Assembly (NCBI RefSeq): GCF_006345805.1 | Contig: NC_043005.1 | Coordinates: forward strand, 36,456,001 to 36,520,000 | From: Octopus sinensis | Taxonomy: Eukaryota | Length of the DNA stretch: 64,000 nt | Direction of reading: 5' to 3' | Shown here: one piece after another, positions 13,835-25,526 of the stretch | How positions within the stretch are numbered: the first letter of the stretch is position 1 | How the letters are laid out: every line of letters begins with the position of its first letter | The notes under the pieces: model-generated | What the model was told of the DNA's origin: nothing | Seen by the model: the letters and a program-made list of their open reading frames with translations, nothing else | Database searches by the model: none | Position numbers and translations under genes: made by a program

Positions 13835-14232
13835 TAAGTACTATCGTGGCATTCCGTCGGTTACGATGACAAGGGTTCCAGTTGATCCGATCAACGAAAC
13901 AACCTGCTCGTGAAATTAACGTGTAAGTGGCTGAGCACTCCACAGACACGTGTACTCTTAATGTAGTTCTCGAAGAGATTCAGCGTGACACAGAGTGTGA
14001 CAAGGCTGGCTCTTTGAAATACAGGTACCACAAAGACAGGAAGAAAGAGTGAGAGAAAGTCGTGGTGAAAGAATACAGCTGGGTTTGTCCACCCCCACCG
14101 CCGGAGCCTCGTGGAGCTTTAGGTGTTTTCGCTCAATAAACACTCACAACGCCCGGTCTGGGAATCGAAACCGCGAATCTACGACCGCAAGTCCGCTGCA
14201 TTAACCACTGGGCCATTTCTCTCTTCCACCAC
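13835..14232 (-). mobile_element. tRNA-derived SINE, family D
   Basis: Minus-strand head TGGCCCAGTGGTTAATGCAGCGGACTTGCGGTCGTAGATTCGCGGTTTCGATTCCCAGACC; collinear with 31778-32108. Confidence 0.9.
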
Positions 14233-15543
14233 CCCTACGCATATGTAAAATTTCCTTTTTTTCCTCTCTCTCTTTCTCTTAAGTACTGCACTGTACTCGC
14301 AAAATTATGACAAAACTTCAAAATCATATTCCCAAATAAGCAAACTACGTTTTTTTAAATGATGATGGCTACTAACAAATATTTCATTGTTGCGAAACTT
14401 CAACATTTGGTAGAACTAAAGCAAAAAGTTGAAATATAAAAGAAAACATTCTTTGTAATATTTGAGAAAACAATTGAACGATTCCAGACATTATCCAAAG
14501 ACTTTACCGAAAGTTCGAGATCATAAAAAGAAAAGAAAATTGAAGAAATATATAAAAATAAATTGAAAAATAAGTGAAAAAAATCAAAAATAGACGTTAA
14601 ATATGTCAGCTGTTACCCACCTTAATATAGCATGGCTAACCATGCACAATGGTGGAACTATAACTTAAGTCATGCGCAATTTTGCAGCTATAACTTGGAT
14701 AAATTAATGAGGGAACTGCACATAGTTTAAAACTATCGATTATACATTTTAATGTCAATTTTTTTTTACCCAGCCGTTTAGCGGTTCAATAATTTATCGA
14801 TATTTAGCCCGTGATTGTTTAAATGTCAGTTTAAATCTGTCTGTGTTACCACCGGGATGCAAAAATATTTACCATATTTTTGATTTGAAAGTCATAACAA
14901 TAGCAATATATTCTTGGTCTTGTGTTGATTTCTTTACGTTTTTCATTTTAAATTCGTTTATGCTGACCAATTGATTTCGTTTATGTGCTTATAAAAAAAG
15001 ATTTCTACGAATATTATTATTGTATACGTTCATTGACAATTGATATAGTCATTTCTATTGTAACATTAAAAAGAAAGCTCACTCACACATTCGCATATAC
15101 TACGACATCCCACATACGTAATACAAATATAGTCATAAATAGGTCGTAGATATTCAACTGACCTATTTGTTTACGTACACACACACGCACACACACAAAC
15201 ATATATATGTGTGTATAAATCTAAACATATATGTGCGTGTGTGTTCCTGTGTGTGTATTAAAAAAAATTTTATAGCACTTTTAAAAATAGCTAGTCAATA
15301 TTTAGTCTTGCAGTTATTCTATACTGAGAGCAACGTTAGATATATTATAATGACCGAGATGAATAGGGCATCAAGTTTCGCTCATCAGCTTGGCCAAACA
15401 GTGAGGGAATTTTATCTATTAGTGCCTTTGAATGGGGAGTTGAACTTTGACAAAAAAGCTGTTTTCATCCATAGACAAAAACTGAAGTCCCGCTTTATTT
15501 GATTCTCACAGTTAATATACGATATATCTCTGCGCATATGTAA

Positions 15544-15581
<38 letters not shown>

Positions 15582-15867
15582 ACACACAAACACATACACA
15601 TAAAATCTTTATTATAGGCACAATGGCCTGAATGAAGAGGGGACATAATACAATACAGGATATGGGGTACATATAACAAAAATACAGAAAGGATGATATG
15701 AAGTGAAATATTAACAATTAATTAAATGAAATGGCTTACGAGACCCCAAAGCTCGCAGTTTCATTTACAATTACAGTTATGCCATCTGGGGTGTTCGTCA
15801 GTAATGTAAACGAGTAATTCATCCTGTTCTATAACGCCGGGCAAACTGTCATATCTAACGTAGTGCG

Positions 15868-16392
15868 CTATGAAAACAAATTTATTAATTTATTTAACGT
15901 CTCTTTTTCCACTATTGCAGCTACTATTCTTTCGGTATCAAGTTCCGGTGGCATTTTGCTTATACGTACCCGCGCCAATCTTCTTCCACAATAATTAGGA
16001 AGTAATACCCATTTTTCCGGTATCAACACTGTCGTTGCATTCCTTTTTGCTTCAACTTCATTTACGAAGCGAACTTCTACTGTTGCGTATTTTCTACCTG
16101 TATTGTAGAAGGTAGTTATTCCTTTTATTTCTTGTAAACATTTTTCAACCTCTTCTACTTCTGCCACTTCTATTCTTTTTGAGACCACATTCCATGTTCT
16201 GTATGTTATGGTTTTTTCCTCTGCTTTTTTAACTTCGTCTTCAGGTGGTGTAATCCTCAGATAGCCTCCTTCCTTTTTGAAGCTGTCACAGTATTTCCTC
16301 AGATTTTCTTTCTCAATAATAATTTCTTTTAACTGTAATACGTTCACAGACAGGCTTTTGCTTGCTGCTTTCACATAAGTCGAGGCTCGCAT
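15868..16392 (-). pseudogene. 3'-truncated ORF1p (gag-like/RRM-like) of an L1/Tx1-like LINE
   Basis: Uninterrupted frame from ATG 16392 (MRASTYVKAASK, resembling the SYAxAA N-terminal motif of Tx1 ORF1). 17/52 ungapped identity with the CCHC-bearing ORF at 23876 (LPNYCGRRL..PPE vs LPSYCSRRL..PPE). No ORF2 follows. Confidence 0.65.
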
Positions 16393-16504
16393 ACCCAACA
16401 AAGAATTCAACAATTATAACGTTCAACGCTACGCAACAGTTTTCAACAACAATAATCAACAAAATTCAATTCACAACCGCAAATCCGAAAAACCGACACA
16501 AACA

Positions 16505-16539
16505 CTTCCGCGCGATATTACCCTGTGCCAGGCAAGTAT
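16505..16539 (-). ncRNA. U1 snRNA-like 5' fragment heading the LINE-like element
   Basis: ATACTTGCCTGGCACAGGGTAATATCGCGCGGAAG: 13/14 identity to the conserved U1 start ATACTTACCTGGCA, with continued resemblance into stem-loop I. It begins right at the edge of a (TG)n tract. Confidence 0.55.
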
Positions 16540-16604
16540 CACACACACACACACACACACACACCACACACACATATATATATATATATATATAAATATA
16601 TCAG

Positions 16605-17120
16605 CAATAATAAGTCTCTGAGCGATATATATACAGTAGCAGCACGACATCGTGAAGTATATTTGCCACATAAATGTGGCTAACCCTTAAGGGCCAATGC
16701 TGCTGTAGCTTGTCGTCCCAGGAAGACATCTCCTTCAGCTGGCTATTGTAACACTATCTGTGCCCTATCAGTATTTGCAAAGAGAAGTCATCATTCCAAT
16801 CTCCAGCCTGACGGGTATTGACCCGTCATCAGCGTGTGACAACCACCGGTTGGCGATGGGAAGTGATTCTGAATGCAAATATATATATACATTTTCCAGT
16901 GACAAAAATTCACTGATCTCGAAAACGTGGGGACAAACAATAATAAATCTCTGAGCAAGATATAAACAGTAGCAGCACGACATCGTGAACTATATTTGCC
17001 ACCTAGATGTGGCTAACTCTTAAGGATCGATGCTACTGTAGCTACTGTAGCTTGTAGCTCCAGGAAGAAATCTCCTGATGGCTATTGACACACTATCTGT
17101 GCCCAATAAGTATTTGCAAA
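16605..17120. repeat. ~180-bp diverged direct repeat (16605-16781 and 16938-17120) with a ~155-bp spacer
   Basis: CAATAATAA.TCTCTGAGC...CAGTAGCAGCACGACATCGTGAA...ACACTATCTGTGCCC...GTATTTGCAAA present in both copies. Confidence 0.9.
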
Positions 17121-17679
17121 ATATATATTTATATATGTATATATATGTGTGTATGTATGTATATATATATATATAAATAGGTGTGTGTATATGTGTGAAT
17201 GTATGTGTGTGAGTATTGTTTTGTCACTAGTTTCAGCTCGAGAGCTGTGGCCATGCTGGGGTACCACCGTTTTCTTTGTTACACTTTCACTAAACCTCCT
17301 CTGATATGTAGCATTTGGCGAATGAGGTATTTCGATGTTGCTGCCGAGAGGTAGGTTCATCCGGAACTCTTGACAGGAGTGGATCTAGTTTTGTTTTGAA
17401 GTAACCTACATCCACCCCATGCAGCTCTCCTAGGCTCTGTGGGAAGGTACTGAAGAGCTGTAAGCCCTAGAAACCGAAGCCGTTGTAGCATCTAGTCCTG
17501 TATCCTGAGGACAATGTTAGGACTTTTATATATATATATATATATATATATTAATGCTCATCAAAGTTGCTACTTCATTGCTGGTAGTGAAGCTGAATTC
17601 CACTTGTCAGTATTTATAGAATTTACCATAGAAATCCATGACAGATTCAGTACATATATATATATATATATATATAATA

Positions 17680-17723
<44 letters not shown>

Positions 17724-17726
<3 letters not shown>

Positions 17727-18085
17727 AAGGAAATGGTTTTTATTCTCAAAACGCAGATAATGTTAATAATATAGCATGAACAGTATAATCTACCTATATT
17801 TTGCAGAAAAATGTGTCGGCGGCCAGCCATAAGACTCGAACTCACACCGCTGTGGTTACGCGTCGCAGTGCGCTGCCTTTCATCTAAACTTCTACAAATT
17901 CTTCTGCAAATTTAGGATCTATAAATCTCGCTTTATAATACGCTATTATACGTTAAATTCAAATTACGATGAAATCAAACACAGTTTGCTTTAGAAGCTT
18001 TGAGATGTCTGGAAAGTTAAGGAAGTAATTTTTTCATTCTCAAACGTAGGATGCTTATAATATAGCATGAATCAGAATTATACAT
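17724..18085. repeat. ~70-bp direct repeat enclosing a tRNA-like (B-box) segment on the minus strand
   Basis: GTTAAGGAA...ATTCTCAAA...TAATATAGCATGAA near 17724 and near 18016; the minus strand of 17805-17887 contains GGTGTGAGTTCGAGTC followed by a T-run. Confidence 0.55.
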
Positions 18086-18087
18086 AC

Positions 18088-18161
<74 letters not shown>

Positions 18162-19140
18162 GTGTAATAAATAAAATATATGCATACATACAAACATATA
18201 TGTACGTACCGACATCTACATGTATATATACGTGCATATATAAATATATATACGTACAGGACACCACAAGAAGACATATATATATATGTAACTGCAGGCA
18301 TGCCTGTGTGGTGTAGAAGAACGCTTTGCATTCCTATGGCTTCCCGTTCAGTCACACCGGAAAAAAATGTAAATTAATACAGAAGGAAATTGTGTGGAAG
18401 CCTGTCATTATAAATGTGTGTGTGTGTGAGTGTATATGTGTATATACGTATGTATATGTGTGTGTGTATATGTCTATGTACACATGTACGTATTAGTGTA
18501 TGCGTACGCATGAATTTCTCTGTGGCTGAATAAGCAAATAACACTTCTGGGTTTGATTCAAAAGCGTCCTCTGTTGTTAAATTTCAGAACATACTTCGTC
18601 AATTTAGAACAATTCAGAATAATTTATTACCTATCCCATCATTCATTGCAATATACACATTAGTGAATTAGTGACAATGATCACCACACCTCACAACCTG
18701 GTCTTTCGTCCGTCCAAACTATTCTTTATCACAATGATTGTGTTTATGACACTATGATGCTTATACATATATACATACATACATACATAGATGCACACGT
18801 TCATTCATACACACACATATGTTTGTGTATATGCATGTATATATGCATGCATGTGCGTATGTATGCATGTGTGTATGTATGTATTCATTCACGCACACCC
18901 AACTATGTTTATTTTTGTCGATTAAATCTGTATATTTATGTATGTATGCTTATGTATAATTATTTAATAGAAAACAAAACAATTACATACGGCAACCTCA
19001 TCACATACCCAACTCCACCCCGCATTAACTCATATTTCAATATAATTATATATATTTTGCCAGACGTTCTAATTTAATCGGAAATTAAAGAAAAATAACA
19101 CGCATGTGTATACGCTCACGCATACGAAACTTCATAATAA

Positions 19141-19190
<50 letters not shown>

Positions 19191-19233
19191 CCTCTCCCTC
19201 TGTATACGTGTGTGTATGTATATAAACGAGTGC

Positions 19234-19284
<51 letters not shown>

Positions 19285-19411
19285 ATATATTCCTATATAC
19301 ATGTATGTATATGTAAGGTGTATTGTTTGGATTTACGTGTATGTATTTATGTGAATGTGTGCATGTTTATACAAACATTAGGAATAAATATAACATACAT
19401 ATATATATGTA

Positions 19412-19474
<63 letters not shown>

Positions 19475-19481
19475 TTATCTA

Positions 19482-19517
<36 letters not shown>

Positions 19518-19519
19518 CA

Positions 19520-20930
19520 TGCATACATACATGTATGTATGTATGGATGTAAATACATACGTATATGTAATGATTTATATTTACGCTAAATCGAAAGGTT
19601 TAAAAAATAATGTCAAACTACATATTGAAATTACCACGTAATATATTACCTATATTATCCCGAAGAAGATTTTTAAATGTTTTATGCATATATTTATCAA
19701 TATATTTTGGTTTCATTTTAAACCGTCTCTTCCCTCTGGTTGCATTCATACGCCATTTCATTATTGCTCATATCCTCAATATTGCCGCTTTTATTGAGCT
19801 CTGTACGAATCGCTTTGCATAACAGAAATAATTTGATATCATTGGGTAGTATTCATCCCAATAATTCCTAAAGGGTAAAGACACCCGTCGTTTATGAATG
19901 GCTATGGAAATGCACTCAGAAAGTTCCCCTCTGAGGCACAAGTCCGGGCAAGTTTGTCGAAGACCAGCAGTCGCTCATGCATACCAGCCTCCCCACTCGA
20001 CACCACCGATGTTATCCAAGGGAAAGGCCGATACAGCTAGGCGCCAGTGACGTCGCAACTTCTTTCTACAGCTGAATGAATTGCAGCAACGTGAAATAAA
20101 GTGTGTTGCCCGATGTGGGAATCAAACTCACTACACTACACACTGAGTCATGCCCATACATATAGTATATATATATATATATATGTATATCTATCTATCT
20201 CTATCTATCTATATCTACTATCTATCCTATCTATCTATCTATCTATCTTTTATCTATCTATATCTATATATATATATATATATAATAACATACATCATAC
20301 ATACATGTGTATGTATGGATGTAAATACCACGTATATGTAATGATTTATATTTACGCTAAATCGAAAGGTTTAAAAAATAATGTCAAACTACATATTGAA
20401 ATTACCACGTACTATATTAACCTATATTATCCCGAAGAAGATTTTTAAATGTTTTATGCATATATTTATCAATATTTTTGGTTTCATTTTAAACCGTCTC
20501 TTCCCTCTGGTTGCATTCATCGCCATTTCATTATTGCTCATAGCCCTCATATTGCCGCTTTTATTGAGCTCTGTACGAATCGCTTTGCATAACAGAAATA
20601 ATTTGATATCATTGGGTAGTATTCATCCCAATAATTCCTAAAGGGTAAGAGACACCCTCGTTTATGATGGCTATGGAAATGCACTCAGAAATTCCCCTCT
20701 GAGGCACAAGTCCGGGCAAGTTGTTGTTCGAAGACCAGCAGTCGCTCATGCATACCAGCCCTCCACTCGACACCACCGATGTTATCCAAGGGAAAGGCCG
20801 ATACAGCTAGGCGCCAGTGACGTCGCAACTTCTTTCTACAGCTGAATGAATTGCAGCAACGTGAAATAAAGTGTGTTGCCCGATGTGGGAATCAAACTCA
20901 CTACACTACACACTGAGTCATGCCCATACA
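19520..20930. repeat. Tandem duplication, period ~770 bp
   Basis: GTGTGTTGCCCGATGTGGG at 20101 and 20871; whole units nearly identical; bounded by TA/GATA microsatellites. Confidence 0.95.
19890..20145 (-). mobile_element. SINE family A (second copy at 20660-20915)
   Basis: Reverse complement of the 3203-3528 body (GATGTTATCCAAGGGAAAGG, GACCAGCAGTCGC.CATGCATACC). Confidence 0.85.
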
Positions 20931-21169
20931 TATATATATATATATTATATATATACATATATGTATATACATCATTCAACATGTAACCTCGTGAGCAACG
21001 CCAGCAATTTTTTTCCTCTGTCTTCCCTTCTCGGGATCTTTCCTTCTACTTTGTTTCCGACGAAGAAACGTTAAACCCTCCTTCTTCCCTTCTTTCCTGA
21101 GCGTCCAATAATACTTTATTTGTTCCACGTCCTCGCGTTGCTGTGTTTTTTTGTGTTTTCTTGTTTGGA

Positions 21170-21210
<41 letters not shown>

Positions 21211-21531
21211 ATATCTGTTTGTGTGTATGTATATGTGTGTGTTTGTGTGTGTATGCGTACATACACACACACACACACAGAGTTACATATACATATAGCT
21301 GTAAATGTAATATGTGACAACTATTCGATAGATATGATAAAACGCCGAGCTTCGGATATCGGGCCGGAAACCCAAGCCGGCATCTGTTCAGTTATCGGAC
21401 CACCGAAAAAAAATGCCCGGAGTTTTATCATGGCTACCGAATAATTGTCACAAATTATATTTACAGATAAATTCCTCTATTTACATAATATCGAGGTCTC
21501 TTTCATTTTTTTGTTGTCTTACCATTTCTAT

Positions 21532-21591
<60 letters not shown>

Positions 21592-21592
21592 G

Positions 21593-22406
<814 letters not shown>

Positions 22407-22465
22407 ATATAATAGATTATATAAATATATATATATATATATCATATAAATATATATTATACAAA

Positions 22466-22501
<36 letters not shown>

Positions 22502-23252
22502 ATATGTATGTAAATATAGTTTCGACTCGTGTGTTTCCGTTCTGCTCTTGTCATTGTTACCCGTAGCCAACAACGTAAATTAATGCATTCTCGCGACTTG
22601 TTTAAGTATTAGTTTTACCGCCAAAATAAGTTGCGATATACGTCTAGTCAATGACCAATTAGATTATCAAACAACGGACATGTGATATGTGATATATGCT
22701 GAAGGCCTAAATGCTTTGTGAAAAATACTTCACTCATTTAAAGCTGTTCCTGTTCTGCTTTGTAAAAGTACGGCGAAACGTCTAGGATGCTGGTTGCAAG
22801 AAATAGACCTGCACTAAAATATAGAAATTTATATATATATATAGTATGATAGATCATTTGTCGATCCTGTCGATGTGCAATTATTTGATGAGCTCCATTG
22901 CCAGCTACGTAGCAGACCTGTATATGGCTGAATATTTCTCGGATACAGTTATTATACAAATATTAGATCGATGCAGTGTGACACAATTTTACAAGTTTGG
23001 TCCTTTGAAATACAGGCATAGTCCATTTGACGTGATTGCAACACAGTTTTCGGTGTCTATCATATTTCAGTCGCAATGTTTGAGTCGATTCTAGGCATGC
23101 GTAAAATACGAAAGTCCAAGAAACCGTGCAGTGGGATCGAATCTGTTGAGCAGAAAGCGAATTGAAAAGCCGCATAACAGTAGGCTCAATGTGTGCGTGA
23201 GTAATGTGTGTGTGTGTGTATGTTTGTGTTTATGTGCGCGCGCGCGCGCGGC

Positions 23253-23285
<33 letters not shown>

Positions 23286-23392
23286 GTGTGTGTGTGTGCG
23301 TTTGTGTGTGTGTGGTTGAGAAGTAATTTTTTCTATCAACTGAATTTCTCACTCTCTGAATTAGTGTAAGTGGCTGAGTATCCAAGACGCAT

Positions 23393-23822
23393 ACTCTCTT
23401 TACTCTCTTTTACTCTTTTACTTGTTTCAGTCATTTGACTGCAGCCATGCTGGTGCACTGCCTTTAGTCGAGCAAATCGACCCCAGGATTTATTCTTTGT
23501 AAGCCTAGTTCTTATTCGATCGGTCTTTTTTGCCGAACCGCTAAGAGACGGGGTCGTAAACACACCAGCATCAGTTGTCAAGCGATGTGGCGGGGGGGGG
23601 GGAGAAACAGACACACAAACATATACACACACGTACATATATACACATATATACATGTATACGACGGGCTTCTTTCAGTTTCCGTGTACCAAATCCACTC
23701 ACAAGGCTTTGGTCGGCCCGAGGCTATAGTAGAAGACACGTGACCAAGGTGCCACGCAGTGGGACTGAACCCGGAACCAAGCCGTTGGTAAGCAAGCTAC
23801 TTACCACAAAGCCACTCCTACA
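23393..23822 (-). mobile_element. SINE family C, full length
   Basis: Reverse complement of 61555-61953, including the (AGAGTAAA)n tail. Confidence 0.9.
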
Positions 23823-23834
23823 CGTATGTGTAGC

Positions 23835-24847
23835 TTTAACGTAATCTCTTCTGCCAAACCAATATCACACTGTGGTTGCTATTTGATACCCCTGAAATGG
23901 CTCAAAAATTGTCGAGTCAGCCCTTGGAGGGTGAGGAAATTTTGTTTCTTCCCTCGTATTGTAGCAGGAGGTTGACGAAAGCTTGGGTCTGCGGGTTGCC
24001 ACCCGAGATAAATCCCGAGTGGATAGAGGAGACTATCCGCCGGGGCCTGGGTGGCAGCGGGACCAAGCTTCTGAATGTGAAAGTTCTTGCGGCTGATTGG
24101 GTTGGGTCAAAAGCTGTTTTGACCCTTTGGACCCAATCAGCCAATCTGGTTTTTCCAGATTTTTTGAAAATGGCCGGGTGCGGGTACCCGGTGATTCTTG
24201 AGGGTCGCCCCCCCACCCCAGGTGTCATCAGTGCCTGGAGTCTGGCCATATAAAGAAAAACTGTCCCCAGGAACAAAATAATGTCCCGGAGCAGTTGAGT
24301 GAGACCTCTATAGAAGAGGGAATGAAGGCGGCCGAGGAGGCGGAGAACTCCTCAAACAGGGGCCGAAAGAGGAAGAAGGTGAGCAACAATGGGTGCTCAC
24401 CGAAGGATCCTAGGGATGAGGAGAGGAAGGCGAATCTCTCGGTCACGGAGGAGACGCACCCTCCCTCAGTTGAAAAGATAAAAAAGAGGAAGAGAAACGG
24501 GACATTGCCGGCAGTCGGTGACATAGTACCAGAATGTCCCAGAGCTACGTCGGTTGGGGTTGTGCCACCGGCAGGAGAAGAAACACCGTTGGCGGAAACT
24601 GTGCTGCCAACGGAAGAATTGGATATCCCGCCCCCAGATAAAGACGAATTATTGATCTTCTTCTATAGAGGCGGAGAGGTTGAAAAGGTAGTGGAAAATC
24701 ACCATAAGGGAGCACCTTTAGCCTTCACACAGGATCCCGAAAGGCCTCCGCAGATAGCTGTGGAGGTTATAACGTTTGACGTAACATTTAGGCTGAAGGG
24801 GCTCAATGACGAATATCGCTTGTACCCGGGCGACGCCGACACGGAAC
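23835..24847 (+). pseudogene. L1/Tx1-like ORF1p remnant with CCHC zinc knuckle
   Basis: ORFs 23876-24253 and 24295-24858 join through a 1-nt deletion in the C-run at 24208-24219, giving GRPPTPR-CHQCLESGHIKKNC (CX2CX4HX4C, 24223-24264). Upstream is an RRM-like V.GLPPEI.PE.I segment. GC-rich; cut at both ends by SINE C. Confidence 0.8.
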
Positions 24848-25000
24848 TCGTCTCGTAACTTAGCAGTTTTGTAAAAGCGACTGATAGAATAAGTACTAGA
24901 TTTGCAGGGAATAAGTTCTGGGGTCGAATTGTTCGACTAAATGTGGTGCTGCAGCATGGCTGCAGTCAAATGACTGAAACAAGTAAAAGAATAAACGAAT
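24848..25000 (+). mobile_element. SINE family C, 3' fragment
   Basis: CGTAACTTAGCAG...GATAGAATAAGTAC...CAGTCAAATGACTGAAACAAGTAAAAGA. Confidence 0.8.
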
Positions 25001-25099
25001 ACACGATTTCGCTTAGGAATACTGATCCTAAAAATCAATTCTTAGAATTCAATATACTTATGCTTGAGGTGAGTACAGAGCCTAACATTAATTAATAAC

Positions 25100-25260
25100 T
25101 GTCAAGGGAACAGGAATCACGTTATCAACTAAACAACTTTACTAGCTTACAGCTGTTTCGAGAATGTTACACAAGTATTCATCTTCTAGTGCAGTGCTTC
25201 TTATAGAAAATACAGCTAGAAGCTCACGAAGTTGTGTAAATGATTCCTGTTCCCTTGTCA
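25100..25260. mobile_element. 161-bp element with 20-bp inverted ends (MITE or Penelope-end fragment)
   Basis: 25100-25119 TGTCAAGGGAACAGGAATCA versus the reverse complement of 25241-25260 (19/20 match). Confidence 0.6.
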
Positions 25261-25384
25261 TTCATATATATATATATATATATTATTGGGGTTGTGCGCT
25301 GTGATTTTTGCTACCAAGGTATCGGTTAAACTTTTGATTAATCTGCAACAAGATTATTCATCTTTCTATTTCACAATATTTATA

Positions 25385-25424
<40 letters not shown>

Positions 25425-25483
25425 ACATACGTATATGTACAAACTTACATCTATACGTATATATATAAGCTGTTGTTGTTGTA

Positions 25484-25525
<42 letters not shown>

Positions 25526-25526
<1 letters not shown>

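Noticed and set aside
17450-17490. CTGAAGA...GAAAC hammerhead-like spacing
   Set aside because: No stem I pairing and a poor stem II.
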